Source: Dicyema japonicum (lineage: Eukaryota; Animalia; Dicyemida). From it: a DNA stretch of 64,000 bases. This document shows, one piece after another, positions 23,562 to 35,470 of the stretch (within the stretch, counting starts at the first letter, position 1; each line of letters begins with the position of its first letter). The stretch lies in the NCBI GenBank assembly GCA_011109175.1, contig RDEW01000005.1, forward strand, positions 434,001-498,000, written 5' to 3'. Both the position numbers and the translations under genes were made by a program. The notes below the pieces were generated by a model, which saw nothing but the letters and a program-made list of their open reading frames with translations, made no database searches and had not been told where the DNA came from.

Positions 23562-25600
23562 ACGAATGGAAATTAAGCACAATATTGGATTACTGGATTT
23601 GAACGGAAAGATGCCTGATGAATTATGGAATGATATGCATTTGGTTATCAGGAACGCTGCAATAAAACATGTCAAATACAAAACGCCGGCCAAGTGCTCT
23701 GAGTGGCTCTCTGCCAACACCCTAAACATTGCTGAGGCTCGTAAAGCTGCTAAAGTCTCTGGGAATAAACGAAATAAGAAAACTTAACTCTGAATTCAAA
23801 AAGGCAGCCAGAAGATAAAGAAGACTACTGGAGGTTACGCTGCAAAAAAATGGAAGATGACTATATAGAGTCACACTAGGAATGCGTATTTACAACTAAA
23901 AAGATTACGAACCCCTTTACAAAAATGATGGGCAAAATCAAGGACAAGGATGGTGTAGAATTGCTAAGCCAACAGAACATCCGAAATCGTTGGAGAGAAT
24001 ATACGACTATATTCAAAAACTGTGTGCCCACCCATATATGTTGATGAAGCAACGTTGGGTGAGGGGCATAAAATCCTTGAGGAGGAATGCGTGTGGGCTA
24101 CACGGCAATTAATTGGGGAGCAAGGCACCGGGGATTGACAACATCTCAAGCGAATTGTTGAAGGCTATACCGGTGACAGCTATCACCAGTCTATGTCAAA
24201 AAATTTGGGAAACTGGTATTTGGCCACGTGAGTGGAAAAGATCTATATTTATTGGGTGGAAAAGTGGAAAAGACCAATACCGAAAAAGGGGAAAGCAAGG
24301 ACTGTTCAAACTATCGTACAATAGCCTTAATTCCCCACGTCAGCAAAATACTTCTAAAGATAATACAACATCGTCTAATGCCGAAACGATTCTACCGGAT
24401 GTCCAAGCAGGATTCAGGAAGGGACTAGGCACACGTGACCATATACTAAATGTTCGGTGGATTATGGAGAAAGCTCATGAATCCCAAAAGAGTGCATACA
24501 TGTGCTTCATTGACTATCGGAAAGCTTTTGATTCCGTTATACATGACAAACTGCTTTAAAAGAATTTGGATTCGATGCCAATCTGATATTGCCTATCAAA
24601 TCTCTTTATAAGGATCAAGAAGCTACTGTTAGAACAGTGTATGGAAATACCGATTGGTTCTAAATTTGTAAAAAGGTAAGACAAGGATGCTTATTATCTC
24701 CCATCATATTCAATATTTATGCCGAAATGATCATGACTAAATTGGATACTGTATCAAATAACAGGATTAAAATTGAAAACAGAAACATCAATAATTTGCG
24801 CTATGCTGACGATACAACCTTACTGGCTGAAACAGAAAATGACCTCAGGGAGTTGATTCTAAGATTCAGAGAAGAGAGCGCCGTTTTGGTTTATTGCTAA
24901 ATATCAAGAAGACCAAAATTATGACGACTGCTAATAATGGAACTAAAAATTTGGAATGGGAAAATAGAGAGTTGCGATAATGTTGTCTTTCTGGGATGTC
25001 TAATTAATCGGAATGGTGACGGAGGCTTGGAAATCAAGAGGCAAATTGCCATGGGCCTTACAGAAATGAATAGAATTTGGAAAAGCAAAGATATTTGCTT
25101 AAGGACCAAATGCACACTGGTTAATGCAATCGTGTTTCCGGTTTTTACGGAGCAGAATCATGGATACTGAAAAAGGCGGATAGACGAAAAATTGATGCTT
25201 TTGAACTGTGGTGCTGGAGGAGGTTACTAAAAATCCCTTGGACTTCTAAAATAACTGCAACATCTGAATATCAAGGTTGATTCGTGTCAAAAAAATAAAA
25301 TTTCAAGGTCAAAATGTAACACGATAGAATTTGTAACGCCGATGGCGCGCCACATTTTGCTAAAAGGAAAAATCGTAAAACACAGATTGGCGTTCTTTGG
25401 GTATGTTGTCCGCTCTGACTCCATGGAAAGAACCATTATGCTGAGCAATATTAGTGAAGACCTGGTCGACCGAGGAGTCGGTGGTTATCCACGGTGGAAG
25501 ACGTCATGGTGATGCCTATATCAAGGCTACTCCAAATTGCGACGGATCGGGGAGAGCGGAGGAAACTTGATCATGAGATCCCCAAGGGTCGGACACGACT
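23562..25600 (+). mobile_element. RTE-clade (BovB-like) LINE, 5'-truncated and degraded
   Basis: KAPGIDNI...NYRTIALIPHVSKILLKII...VQAGFRKGLGTRDHI...FIDYRKAFDSV, RQGCLLSP, YADD; ends GGTCGGACACGACT. Confidence 0.9.
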
Positions 25601-26190
25601 TATTATTATTATTATTATTACCCCCAGGATCACTGGGTCAAAGAGAAAGAAATAAAAGTTCTCATCTAAGTGATCCCAGACCGACAAAGGTGAGGACGAG
25701 TCCGGCGGGGTCGAGAATCCTGAACAGCTCTTCTCATTGGACATGGCATCGGCTCAAAATTTCTGTATGATTGTAGATAATTCGATAGTATTTGGAATAG
25801 AGGGCAGCTCGGTAGGATAGCCTCCTTTAATAGTTTCCGTTGTAGTTCGATTAAAAAGTTTTCAATAGGTTGGATATTGTGAGCTGGTCCAATTAACCTT
25901 ATTGCAGTCTCCTCGATTGCAGATAATTTTAATGAGGAAGATCGTGACATTTGCATTGCCCATGAAGGACTTGCATGCGTCATCGTTGGTCGGATAAATT
26001 GTTTGTAAATCGTGGCAAGGACACCAGTTTGGTCTCTAAGTGTTTTGAGAGCACTTTGAAAATTCTCATTTTTTCAGAGCAGAAGTTACTTTGTTTTCAA
26101 CATGCCGGATAAAGGTGAGTCCCTGATCAAAGGTTACTCCCAGGATCTTCGGTGTTTTGTTAATAGAGATAACTGGATAACACAACATAA
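25601..26190 (-). mobile_element. Ingi/Vingi-like LINE, 5'-truncated copy
   Basis: KILGVTFDQGLTF...THASPSW...CRSGIT*, 3' hairpin and (TAA)n tail at 25600-25620. Confidence 0.85.
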
Positions 26191-26198
26191 CATATTTA

Positions 26199-29060
26199 TT
26201 ATTATTATTATTTAAGCCAAAGAAACACCGTCTTAACCAATAACTAATATTCAGGTGATCCCGGCATCTCTCAATAATCGGGCCATTTTTTCTCGATGCT
26301 CCGACTGTGATCCCACGCATTTTCTATACGGACGGGGGTCTTTTTCCTTTCCTCTTCTGAAATTGCCTCCAGTTGCCTCTATGATAGACTCGAGTGCTCT
26401 GGGGGCAATTTCTTTATCTGTATATTTTTCTAGTAACTTTTTTGCTCTTGACTGGATATCTTGAATTTTTGTTAGGTTCGTTGCCGACAGGTTAGATCCC
26501 CATGCAGCACATGCATAGCCTATTGTTGGCTCGACATACTGCTTGTAGAGGGTCCCGATACCTGGCGGATAAATTCCTCCACAGTTCCAAAGGAAGGCCT
26601 TTACAAAATTGATCTTCTTTGCACAGGTTGATATGATAGATTCCACATGGGCTGAGAAGCAGAGGAAAGTATCAAAAGTTACTCCCAGTATCTTCTGCGA
26701 TTTCTTTTGTGGTATAGGTACTCCATTTAACGTGACATCAATTGTTTGCGTTCCCATCTTTCTATTCTTAGTAAATAGAGTGACTGCTGACTTTTCGGAA
26801 CATGCATTTAATCGATTCTCGCACAACCATCCAAATATGTTATTTAGTATTCCTTGTAGTCTTTCTTAGCATGTTCGACGTTTACGTCTCTAGATGCGAC
26901 AACTATGTCATCGGCATAGGAAAGTAGTATGTCATTATTATTCATAGGTACGGGGAGATCACTCAAAAACAAATTAAAAAGGATTGGTGACAGAGGAGAT
27001 CCTTGGGGTACACCATTGGGTAATAATCCCGATCTGGAACTCTTGTTTCCGACGGATACTTTCCCTCGGCGTCCACTTACGAAATTTGCTAACCATAACT
27101 TTAATGGTGCATCAATTTTTGTCAAAAATATTTTTCGTATGAGGATCTTCCTTGGGACAGAGTCGAAAGCTTTTTGAATATCGATCGTACATATGACCGA
27201 TTTTTCCTGTTTTGGCTTGTTCTTGTGTCCTTCAGTTATGAACTTCATTAATGTTGTTAGGAAGGAGGTTGTTGATAATCCTTCCTTGAAGCCATGTTGG
27301 AATGTAGGTTGTGGGAGAAAAGGGCGAATAACTTTTAGGACCAGTTTCTCCAGGATCCTCGACAAAACACATATAAGGGAAACTGGTCTGTAAGAGCCGG
27401 GATCGTTCTTCGGTCTTCCCGGCTTCAATATTGGTCGAATTTTTGATAGTTTCCACAAAGTCGGTATGGTATTTCTGTTCAGCGATGTGTTGTAGATGTT
27501 TGTTAATGCATTTATTGATGCTGGGCCCAAGTGTTTCAGCAGAATAAGAGGAATTCCGTCTGGGCCACATGAGTTTGTTTTTTTCTGATTTGATATTGCT
27601 TTGGATACATCTTTAGGGAGAAAATAAATCAGCGGGGCAAATTTGGATGGCTTTCTCTTTATTTTCGTTTGTGTGTTAATCTTTTTATAAGGAATGTGAC
27701 TGATTCGAATACAATGTTTCATATATTTATTCAGATTGAGCTGGCATTGTTCTTTGTTATCTTCGTATTCTGGGTTCTTCAGACGCCTCAACATCTTCCA
27801 CATGTTGGAAATTGAGGTCTGGTTATTCATGGCAGCAGAGATTCGCATGAGTTTCTTCCTTTGGGTGTTGTTTGTGCTTTTCGTGATAAGAATGTTTAGT
27901 GACCTGATTCGATTAATAACCTCTCGTGAACGATGTATCATTTTCTTAAGGTTGTTTCTTTCCATAATTATTTTCCTTGTTTTTGAGTCGTATTTCAATT
28001 TTTCGTTTTTTATATATGCTTTTCTGATAAAAATATTTCTCCGTCAATGATTGTTTTGTTGAAATAGTATACAGCTTTGTCTATGGAGGAGAAATTTTCA
28101 GTTGGAAATGTTGCAGTTTTGAATCAACGAAATTTGTAAAGCCAGTCCAATTTGCATTTTTGTAATCATAGAAATGAATAGGCTTCGGTACAAAGCGTGG
28201 CTCGCAGTTCAGCTTCATTAACATTGAATGGTGGTCGCTCCGGAGGTCATAACGGACCGTCCAATTAATGATCGTGGAAAGACGAGGTGAGCAGACGGAT
28301 AAGTCCGGAGATGTCACCATGTCCTTCGTGTTGTATGGTGTCCTAGTGTTCTTTTCGGGTTGTTGATGATTATTAAGTTTTGCATTTGGGATAATAGCAG
28401 GTTTCCTCTGTTATCAGCGGATTGGTAGCGGAACCAAGAAGGGTGCTTCGCATTAAGGTCTCCACATAAAAGCAAGTTCTCCAGTTTGTCCAAGGTAGAT
28501 AGGTCAAAGGAGAAATTTTTCTTGCAGGAGCCAGGAGGAGGAACATAAACATTCGCAATTTCAATTTTTCCAATGGAAGTTATAACAGAGATTCCAATTA
28601 TCTCCGTGTTCGAGTCTTCCATTAAGCTCTTGTAAAGAGAAGGGTTCTCGAGGTATTTTATTCCTTTTCTCACAAGAGTCAGTAGACCCCCTCCTTGCCA
28701 GATGGGCGGTCGGATCTTACTGTGTTGTATCCGTTAAAGAGAGGAGTAGGAATGTTATTTGAAAGTTTCGTTTCCTGGAGAAGGCAGATGTCCACTCTGT
28801 TCCTCTCCAAGAATAAGGAAAGTTCGGCAATTTTTCCTCTGATCCCGTTTATGTTTAAGCTTTGGATTGTTAACTTCTTTGGGCCTGGGTTTTGTTCCAC
28901 GTCTCCTGAGGTCAACAGTCTCAATCGATAGAATGTTCCAACAGTGAGAGAATGCCGTCCAGTGGGAAGTCCTCTGGTTGGTAGACAGCAAATGGTTCTT
29001 TTTAGATATAGTTTAGGACTATACCCGACGCCACCAGAAACGGTGAACCACATGACGCAC
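26199..29060 (-). mobile_element. Ingi/Vingi-like LINE, copy 3 (best preserved)
   Basis: Structured 5' motif, TSGDVEQNPGP, APE (NINGIRGK, LQET, LLCGDLNAKHPSW), RT ORF 26844-27998 (PQGSPLSP, YADD), C-terminus DAGIT*, (TAA)n tail; no RNase H. Confidence 0.93.
28992..29058 (-). ncRNA. Candidate HDV-like ribozyme at LINE 5' end
   Basis: P1 GCGTC/GGCGT, P2 TGGTTC/GAACCA, P3 ACC/GGT, P4 TATAG/CTATA, J4/2 CTAAAAA. Confidence 0.6.
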
Positions 29061-29312
29061 ACAGTGTTTTCCTCATCCATGTCTTCGAGATCCCCCTGAC
29101 ATTAAACGAGAGTAGGTTGAAACCATCCCATTGAATCTTGTATTTTTCAGACTGCATTTAAAGAGCCACGTCACTAACTCAACCAATTTATGACGCACGC
29201 TAAAATTATAAACATAAATAAATTCACATTTAATTAATTAAAAATCATTTTTAAGATAAATAATAATAAAATGTTTTGTTTTAATATTTTAAAAATAAGT
29301 GGGTTGTTGTGA

Positions 29313-30043
29313 ATGGATACTTCTTTATCTAAAAACACTGGTATTTCTGATGTAAACATCATAGAATGGGATTCTGACTCTTGCAATCATCTCATAGATA
29401 GACTTCTACCTTGCCATGATGCAGATATGCCTTCGTATCCTTTGAAAGAACTCTTTGATGAAATAAATTGGGAGAAAATTGCCTTTAATTCATTTTCCCC
29501 AAAGAATTGCCGCCAAAAAATTGAATTTCTAACAAACGACGTTTTTTCCTTTTAAAATATTTAGGTCAGACAGCAGACGACCCTCGGAGATGTCCTTGAC
29601 CGAATTTACTTCAATTTGGACAATATCGTGAAAAATTTAAACTTTTATCAAAATTACCATCAATTTTATCCAACTAAAGAATTCTCCCACGTTTGTGTCG
29701 ATCTGTGTAACAAAATACCGTAAATTCCTTTTATATATCATGTTAGATTGAAGGATGAGGTTTCGGGTTATGAACGACTTTACACTACTAGAAGACCTCG
29801 TCAGAGGACGCCGAAAAAGGCCCTTACTAAGAGAAGAGCTAGAATTCCTCGCAGGAAGCTTATTGGAGGACCTGTGTTTATTATTTTGATGTTGACTAGA
29901 AATTAGATGATGATTGCAATATGATCAATTTCTTAGAGTTTGTGAGTAAGCGATATCCACGTGGCATAAATAACATGACTGAATTAGACAAGAAAGAAAT
30001 TGTTAATGATTTTATAAATTATATTAATAATAAAACTGACTGA
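29313..30043 (+). CDS. UBTF: Short UBF (upstream binding factor)-like protein
   Basis: EWDSDSCNHLIDRLLP...INWEKIAFNSFSPKNCRQKIEFLTNDVRQQTTLGDVL resembles the UBF N-terminal dimerisation domain; 24-nt first intron; about 215 aa in total. Confidence 0.65.
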
Positions 30044-30129
30044 CTTTAATTTTAGTTTATTTTTTTGACAATTAAATTATTTTATTAGTTATTATTATGA
30101 GTTAACAATCCCCGTTTGAGGTCCTTGTG

Positions 30130-30960
30130 AGGAATTCATATTCTCAAAATGGAAAACCGCCAGAAGAATGGTACTATCGAAAATGTGTCGGTTCCTGAGA
30201 ACAACACCGGGAAAAGATTGGAAAATTGCTGAGAGAAGCCGGGATTGCCTGATGGCGTTTTCCTTATAAAAAGTGTTTATCTGTTTATTTCTGGCTTGAT
30301 AATAAAGTTAAGGGGAAGTAATACGAAATGGTAGGGTTTGCTAACCGACTTCTTCCACACAGTCTCCCAAAAATCGATCATACACAGGTAATCTTTGAAA
30401 ATAAGTCCCAGATACTTTAGTGTTGGTTTTGAAACCTCGAATAAGATTTTCGATATTTCCGCTAACCTCGCACATTTTTCCTACCAACTATAGGGGAATC
30501 GGCATACGAGGATTTATCCCGTACCAAGTCTTAGAGAAAAATTATGCGTTTTCTCAAATTTCTTGAGAATTGAGTCTCTCCTATTTAAGTCGTACCATCC
30601 TTCTAAACCGTATAACATTGCAGGAAGTACTGCGGAGTTGAAGACATAAACAAAGGTCTCCGGTTCGAGCTTTTAGCATGTTCCATAAAATTACCTCCCT
30701 CGCCAGTTAGGAGGCCAAGGTATTTCATAGACTTCTTCCGAGGTATGTCTTGTAACGTGTTTTTTAGGTTAGGTATTTCCTGCTTCCAGTTATCCTCACC
30801 AGACCAGATTTCTCACGTACGACTGAGTTTTCACTGTAGCACTTTTCGATCTTGTCCATGTACGTCTTCAAAAAGGTTAGGGTTTAAAGAGACATAATAA
30901 ATTATGACGTCATCAGCGTACGTGGGTTTTCTAGTGAAGGCAATTCACTCATTACAAGAC
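30130..30960 (-). mobile_element. Degraded non-LTR retrotransposon RT/thumb fragment
   Basis: TYADDVIIY, KYLGLL, FNSAVLPAMLYGLEGW. Confidence 0.7.
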
Positions 30961-31859
30961 TGAGCAATGAACTATGAGGGAAACCTCTTCTCAGCCAAAT
31001 TTTACGAGATCATAGTTTAATTATTAGTAACTGCAGAGGACTTAAACAACCTTACAAGAAACACCAGCTGGCATGTGATCTAACAAAACACAATCTTTTT
31101 CTGCTGTCTATGAGAGGCAAAAACGGCCGTATAATGTACAGAAATGTTTGGCAAATTCCATCTTTTACCCTCTCTTCGGCCTGACGACATAGTTCCTGTT
31201 TAACATCACTCTATTTTATAAGTTGAGATGACGCAGTGTTATATGTTCCGGTCAAATTCAGAATGTTCAATCTCGTCGTGCTGTCTGTTTCGGCTGAAGG
31301 TTTTACGCGTCTACGATGGTTCCTGGCTTGACGATAACGCTGTAACATATCACAGCAGAACCAGATTGTACACAGGGACTCACACCAACCAAAAGGAACA
31401 AGTTAACTCTTGACCCCTGTCAATGATTAGTTGCCATTACTGTTCTTTACTCTTAAAATAAGATGTATGTCCATGGCGCTATAGGTATTATGGGTACAGT
31501 GAAAGTGCTGCTATCATTAGAAATAGTTGAACGTAGCTCTATATTGATGTGCCCTATAGTCCTTCTTGTGTGGATGCATGGAACGACGGACTCGGGGACA
31601 TTTGTTCATGTAGAAGAGACAGAATCTGTGGAATTAATGTATACTAGAAAATATTTCTTTACCCACAAAGTATAACTTATGAATTACTAAGTTCTTCATA
31701 TACAAGGAATCAAGGATATTTCAGATTGGACATAATTAGTATTTGTTTTCATCATTCCCAATCAATCTCAACAAATTGATCTTACAAGGTCTCCATTATG
31801 GCCTGAAGGCACGCAGAGGGAGTTAAGCACGCAGGGGGAGTTACCAATAATTTATATTT

Positions 31860-32045
31860 TTAGGACCCCCAAAGAGGACTACTTTTGCTCTGGACGCTCC
31901 TTGTCGATCAAAGACAAGCCTACCAATCGTCCTTGACTAGGACCATAAAGAAATCAGGAAACGTCTTGGGGACGAGGAAGACCTTAACAGACTACGGACA
32001 TGGCAGAGTCACGACTTATGGAATAGCCTAAGTGCCAACAATAAA
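31860..32045 (+). mobile_element. RTE-like LINE 3' remnant
   Basis: GRGRP-type C-terminal motif followed by an A-rich end. Confidence 0.4.
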
Positions 32046-32349
32046 GTTACTATCCTCATATAAAGAAGAACTCTAAAGTTTACTAAAGTAGATCCATATT
32101 ATTACTTATGTGATCTCAATGTTACTTCTTATGTAGTATCTTCTACATTCCACAGAGTACTTGAGACAGTTGGAAGTGATAGAAATATCCACACTTACAT
32201 AAGCAACTCAGAATAAGCCCAGAAATATAGGAGAAGTTGTCTTGTGCAGCCAAGAGGGCAACAGTAAAAATTATAGAAATAGTAATTAGTCTAAATAATA
32301 AAATATTCCAATGTCAAAATAATTTCAACAAATAAACGTTTAGACAGAA

Positions 32350-35300
32350 TCAGTTTTTAATTTTTCTATAAACTCCTCTAGTAATCCTTGCAGATACCGG
32401 ACTCTCTCTGAAATTAAAATCCGGGAATACTTAATTGTTCCGCCAAACATATTTTTCTGCAGGATAGCAGACTTTCCAACTTTCCAACATCGTCCCCCAA
32501 CTCACTCAACACATCTTCCGCCACATTCTCGAGTCTCCTCACTAAAATAGAAGAGCTTAACCACCTTCATTATTTGTGATCTGTAAACGCAGAGAATGAG
32601 AAGTCTGCCTCAAAATACGCTGAATTCTCCCAAACAAGACCACATCCGAGCAGTCAATCTGTCGTAATTCAAAAAGTTACCTCGTCGTCCAAAAATCCAT
32701 TTTTATAATGAAAGAAGGCATTACTGCAGTCCTGGGACCTTTTGATTGCACTTTCCACCACCCAAAGTTGATTCAACACATTCCAGTACTCCTTTACCTA
32801 CGAATCGTGAAAAAAGACAACCTTCTCGTCGGAAACATTAGTAAATCCCCTATTTTCAAGATTTCCTCTAATAGTTATGACGTCATCATGGGTCAAATTC
32901 TATACAAATCACAAAGACTACTTTATTGCGTTTAACTATTTTTTCTAACTCATCCATAGTAGCCGAGGCCAACTTGCGTTCGGGGGTAATCTTCGTCCAC
33001 GTGAGCCATGATCTTATCACTGAAGGTCCTCTGATATAACTTACGGCCATTTTTACTAAAAATAGAGAACAAAAAGTACAATCTCCCAGCCTTCTGGTCA
33101 AATAGGAGTTCATTAACAACAAAGCCGAGTCCCATTCATGCTTTTCGTTAATGGAGAGATCGTCCAGAGCGTTTAGTTGCATGATTTTCTCAAATTATGA
33201 TAAAAATTCAACCAGGGCGTTATCAGCCTTTGAATCCCAGTCATGTCTGCCGATTACCTGCTGCACAATGTAGTTTCTGAGGGAGTCCTCTTCAGCTGAA
33301 CCTTCCAGGAAGGTATGAGACATCACACTGTGCAAAACGGAGAGCCCGACGTCGATTGTTTGACCAGAAAGATTTCCTTCGGCCCATTTTCTGAGCTCAA
33401 TGTCAGTCAAAGTCTGTTTATCTGAGGACTCGTTGGTTTTAAGGGCCAAAATTCTCTCCAACAAGTCAGAAAGCACGTGTCCAGACAAAGCCTCGGAAAT
33501 GAGTTTCTCCCAATGTCCCGAGCTCAGCTGGCATATCTTGGAAAAGTCATCCAGAATATCATTCTTGGTTTTCTCAAAAACTGTCTGTCTATCCATTTCA
33601 CGCTGATTTCCAAAATTATTCCTCCATTCAGTCTCCAAATTGTATCTCACGGCTACATGAGGAGGAATTGAACCTTTTATGGCGTCGTATTGCTGTAGCA
33701 CTGAAGACTGCACCATCCGCCAGAAACACTGAGAAACTGCAAAGCTGAGATTGGCTGTCGTAATCTGTGAGGTTTCAATGAACCCCATTCTAAACTGAAA
33801 ACCCCTCACAACTTGTAGAACTTAGAATTTGCAAAATATTCCTCCTCGTATTGTCTTATCGTCTCAACAGAGTCCTCTGCATTTCCGCGGCCAGTAACCA
33901 CGGCAAAATAACCCAGAGCCTTCATTGGGAAAAGTTTCCCTTGTAAAATCTGTCGAATCTGGAAACATCAAAAAAATGGGGACTCTGTGAGGGTTGAAAG
34001 CGTTGGCTTCGGCTACATCCGTTTTCGTTAGGACAAATATAGTTCTCCTTCCATGGGGATCAGCCTGACTCACCAAATCTGTTACATTACTCCTTTCGGC
34101 ATCCAACGAGCCGTCTTTAGACTCAACAACCAAAAAACCTTGAATACACAGAATTATAGCGTTTGGGTTGCCGATGTAGGTTTGGCAGATGGTTTTGATG
34201 GAGTCACGTGTATCAGAGGCCATCTCGGAGGTGACAGTCTTGGATTTATTAAATTTTAGGGTACACTGATAATTCCCGGGAGGTCGATCAAAACCATCCT
34301 CTGAAGACCGGGTCCTTCGATACTGAGAGAGACACACTCGCAAGTGACCGTCCGGCCGTCCCCCAAACCAGCTTTCATGCGATCTTCTACCTCTTTTCTG
34401 AGAAGAGCTGTTTGCTGTTCGTTTGTGAGGTCATATTCTGTCGAGGATCCAGCAAATCGAGCCACGTGGTAGGGTCCCTCGCTCAGAGTGACCTTAACTG
34501 GAGATCTCGTCATCATCTCCCCAGATCCTCGCGGAAATATTCGAGCACGAGCTATCATTTCCAGTACGCTTGTCTTCCCCGAGCTTTGGTCCCCGACAAC
34601 CACCACCCTTGGAAGACAGTCAGTCAGCTCTAATGAATTCCGCCTACCGGGGCTGGTCTCCTGCTCGCTAGCAAACCGAGCGAGCTCGTCCAGAGTCTCA
34701 GAGTACATATCAATTAGCAACTTCTACAGTAAAATGGTGGGTAAACATTTGACCGCCTTTTTTGCCGTTTATCGTTGTTTTTGGTCTTTTTGAGTATAAG
34801 CTGATGTCTCAGGTCTTTATTCTCGTCTTCTAACTTTTTTACCTCCTTCTGGTATTTAGTCTGGAATTAGTGGATAGTTTACTTGGATCTGAAAGAGTGA
34901 CTCTTGCAGCTTTTGTAGCTTGGCCTGGTAGTCTTCGATGATCCTTTTCTGCTCAGATTCAACTTCTTCAGTATTCTCGTTTTCTCTGATTCCGTTAGCT
35001 TCCGTAGTAATCTATAACGGAAAATTAAATAAAAAACGAAATACCATAAAACGGTTTTTAATAGTCTCAAGGTTTTCGCGGACGTTCAAATCAAGAAGAG
35101 ACTTTCTCAGGAACTCCCTCGAATGGTCAAACGATTTAAGATCAAAGGTTGGGATCAAATCAGCAACTTGTTTGAATTTCTCGGATTTTATTTATCATAG
35201 AATACAGTCCCGACATAGGAAACGCAGAAAGTTACTCCACCAATTATCAAAAGTCGTTTGGCAACCTTAAAACGTCTAGGCTTTTGGGTTAAGCTCCAAA

Positions 35301-35358
35301 AATTCCGAGACCATCTCGGATTGTTGACTACAAGTTTTGACTTTGAAAACAAAATCAT
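32350..35358 (-). CDS. OPA1: Dynamin-like mitochondrial GTPase OPA1 (multi-exon)
   Basis: [83 protein letters not shown]; N-terminal basic presequence plus TM segment; C-terminal GED. Confidence 0.97.
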
Positions 35359-35470
35359 CAAAGTGACCTTGCCCGTACTAAAACAATAATTTTAGAAAGC
35401 ACCACGTCGAGATGAAATTTGAATAAATCAGAAATAATTTGTTAAATTAAAGATGGAAAATGAGTTAATT

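Noticed and set aside
31200-31680. Cys-containing short ORFs
   Set aside because: No coherent exon structure or family match; left unannotated.
31809-31846. Short direct repeat GCACGCAGRGGGAGTTA x2
   Set aside because: Only two adjacent units with no spacers or cas genes; not a CRISPR array.
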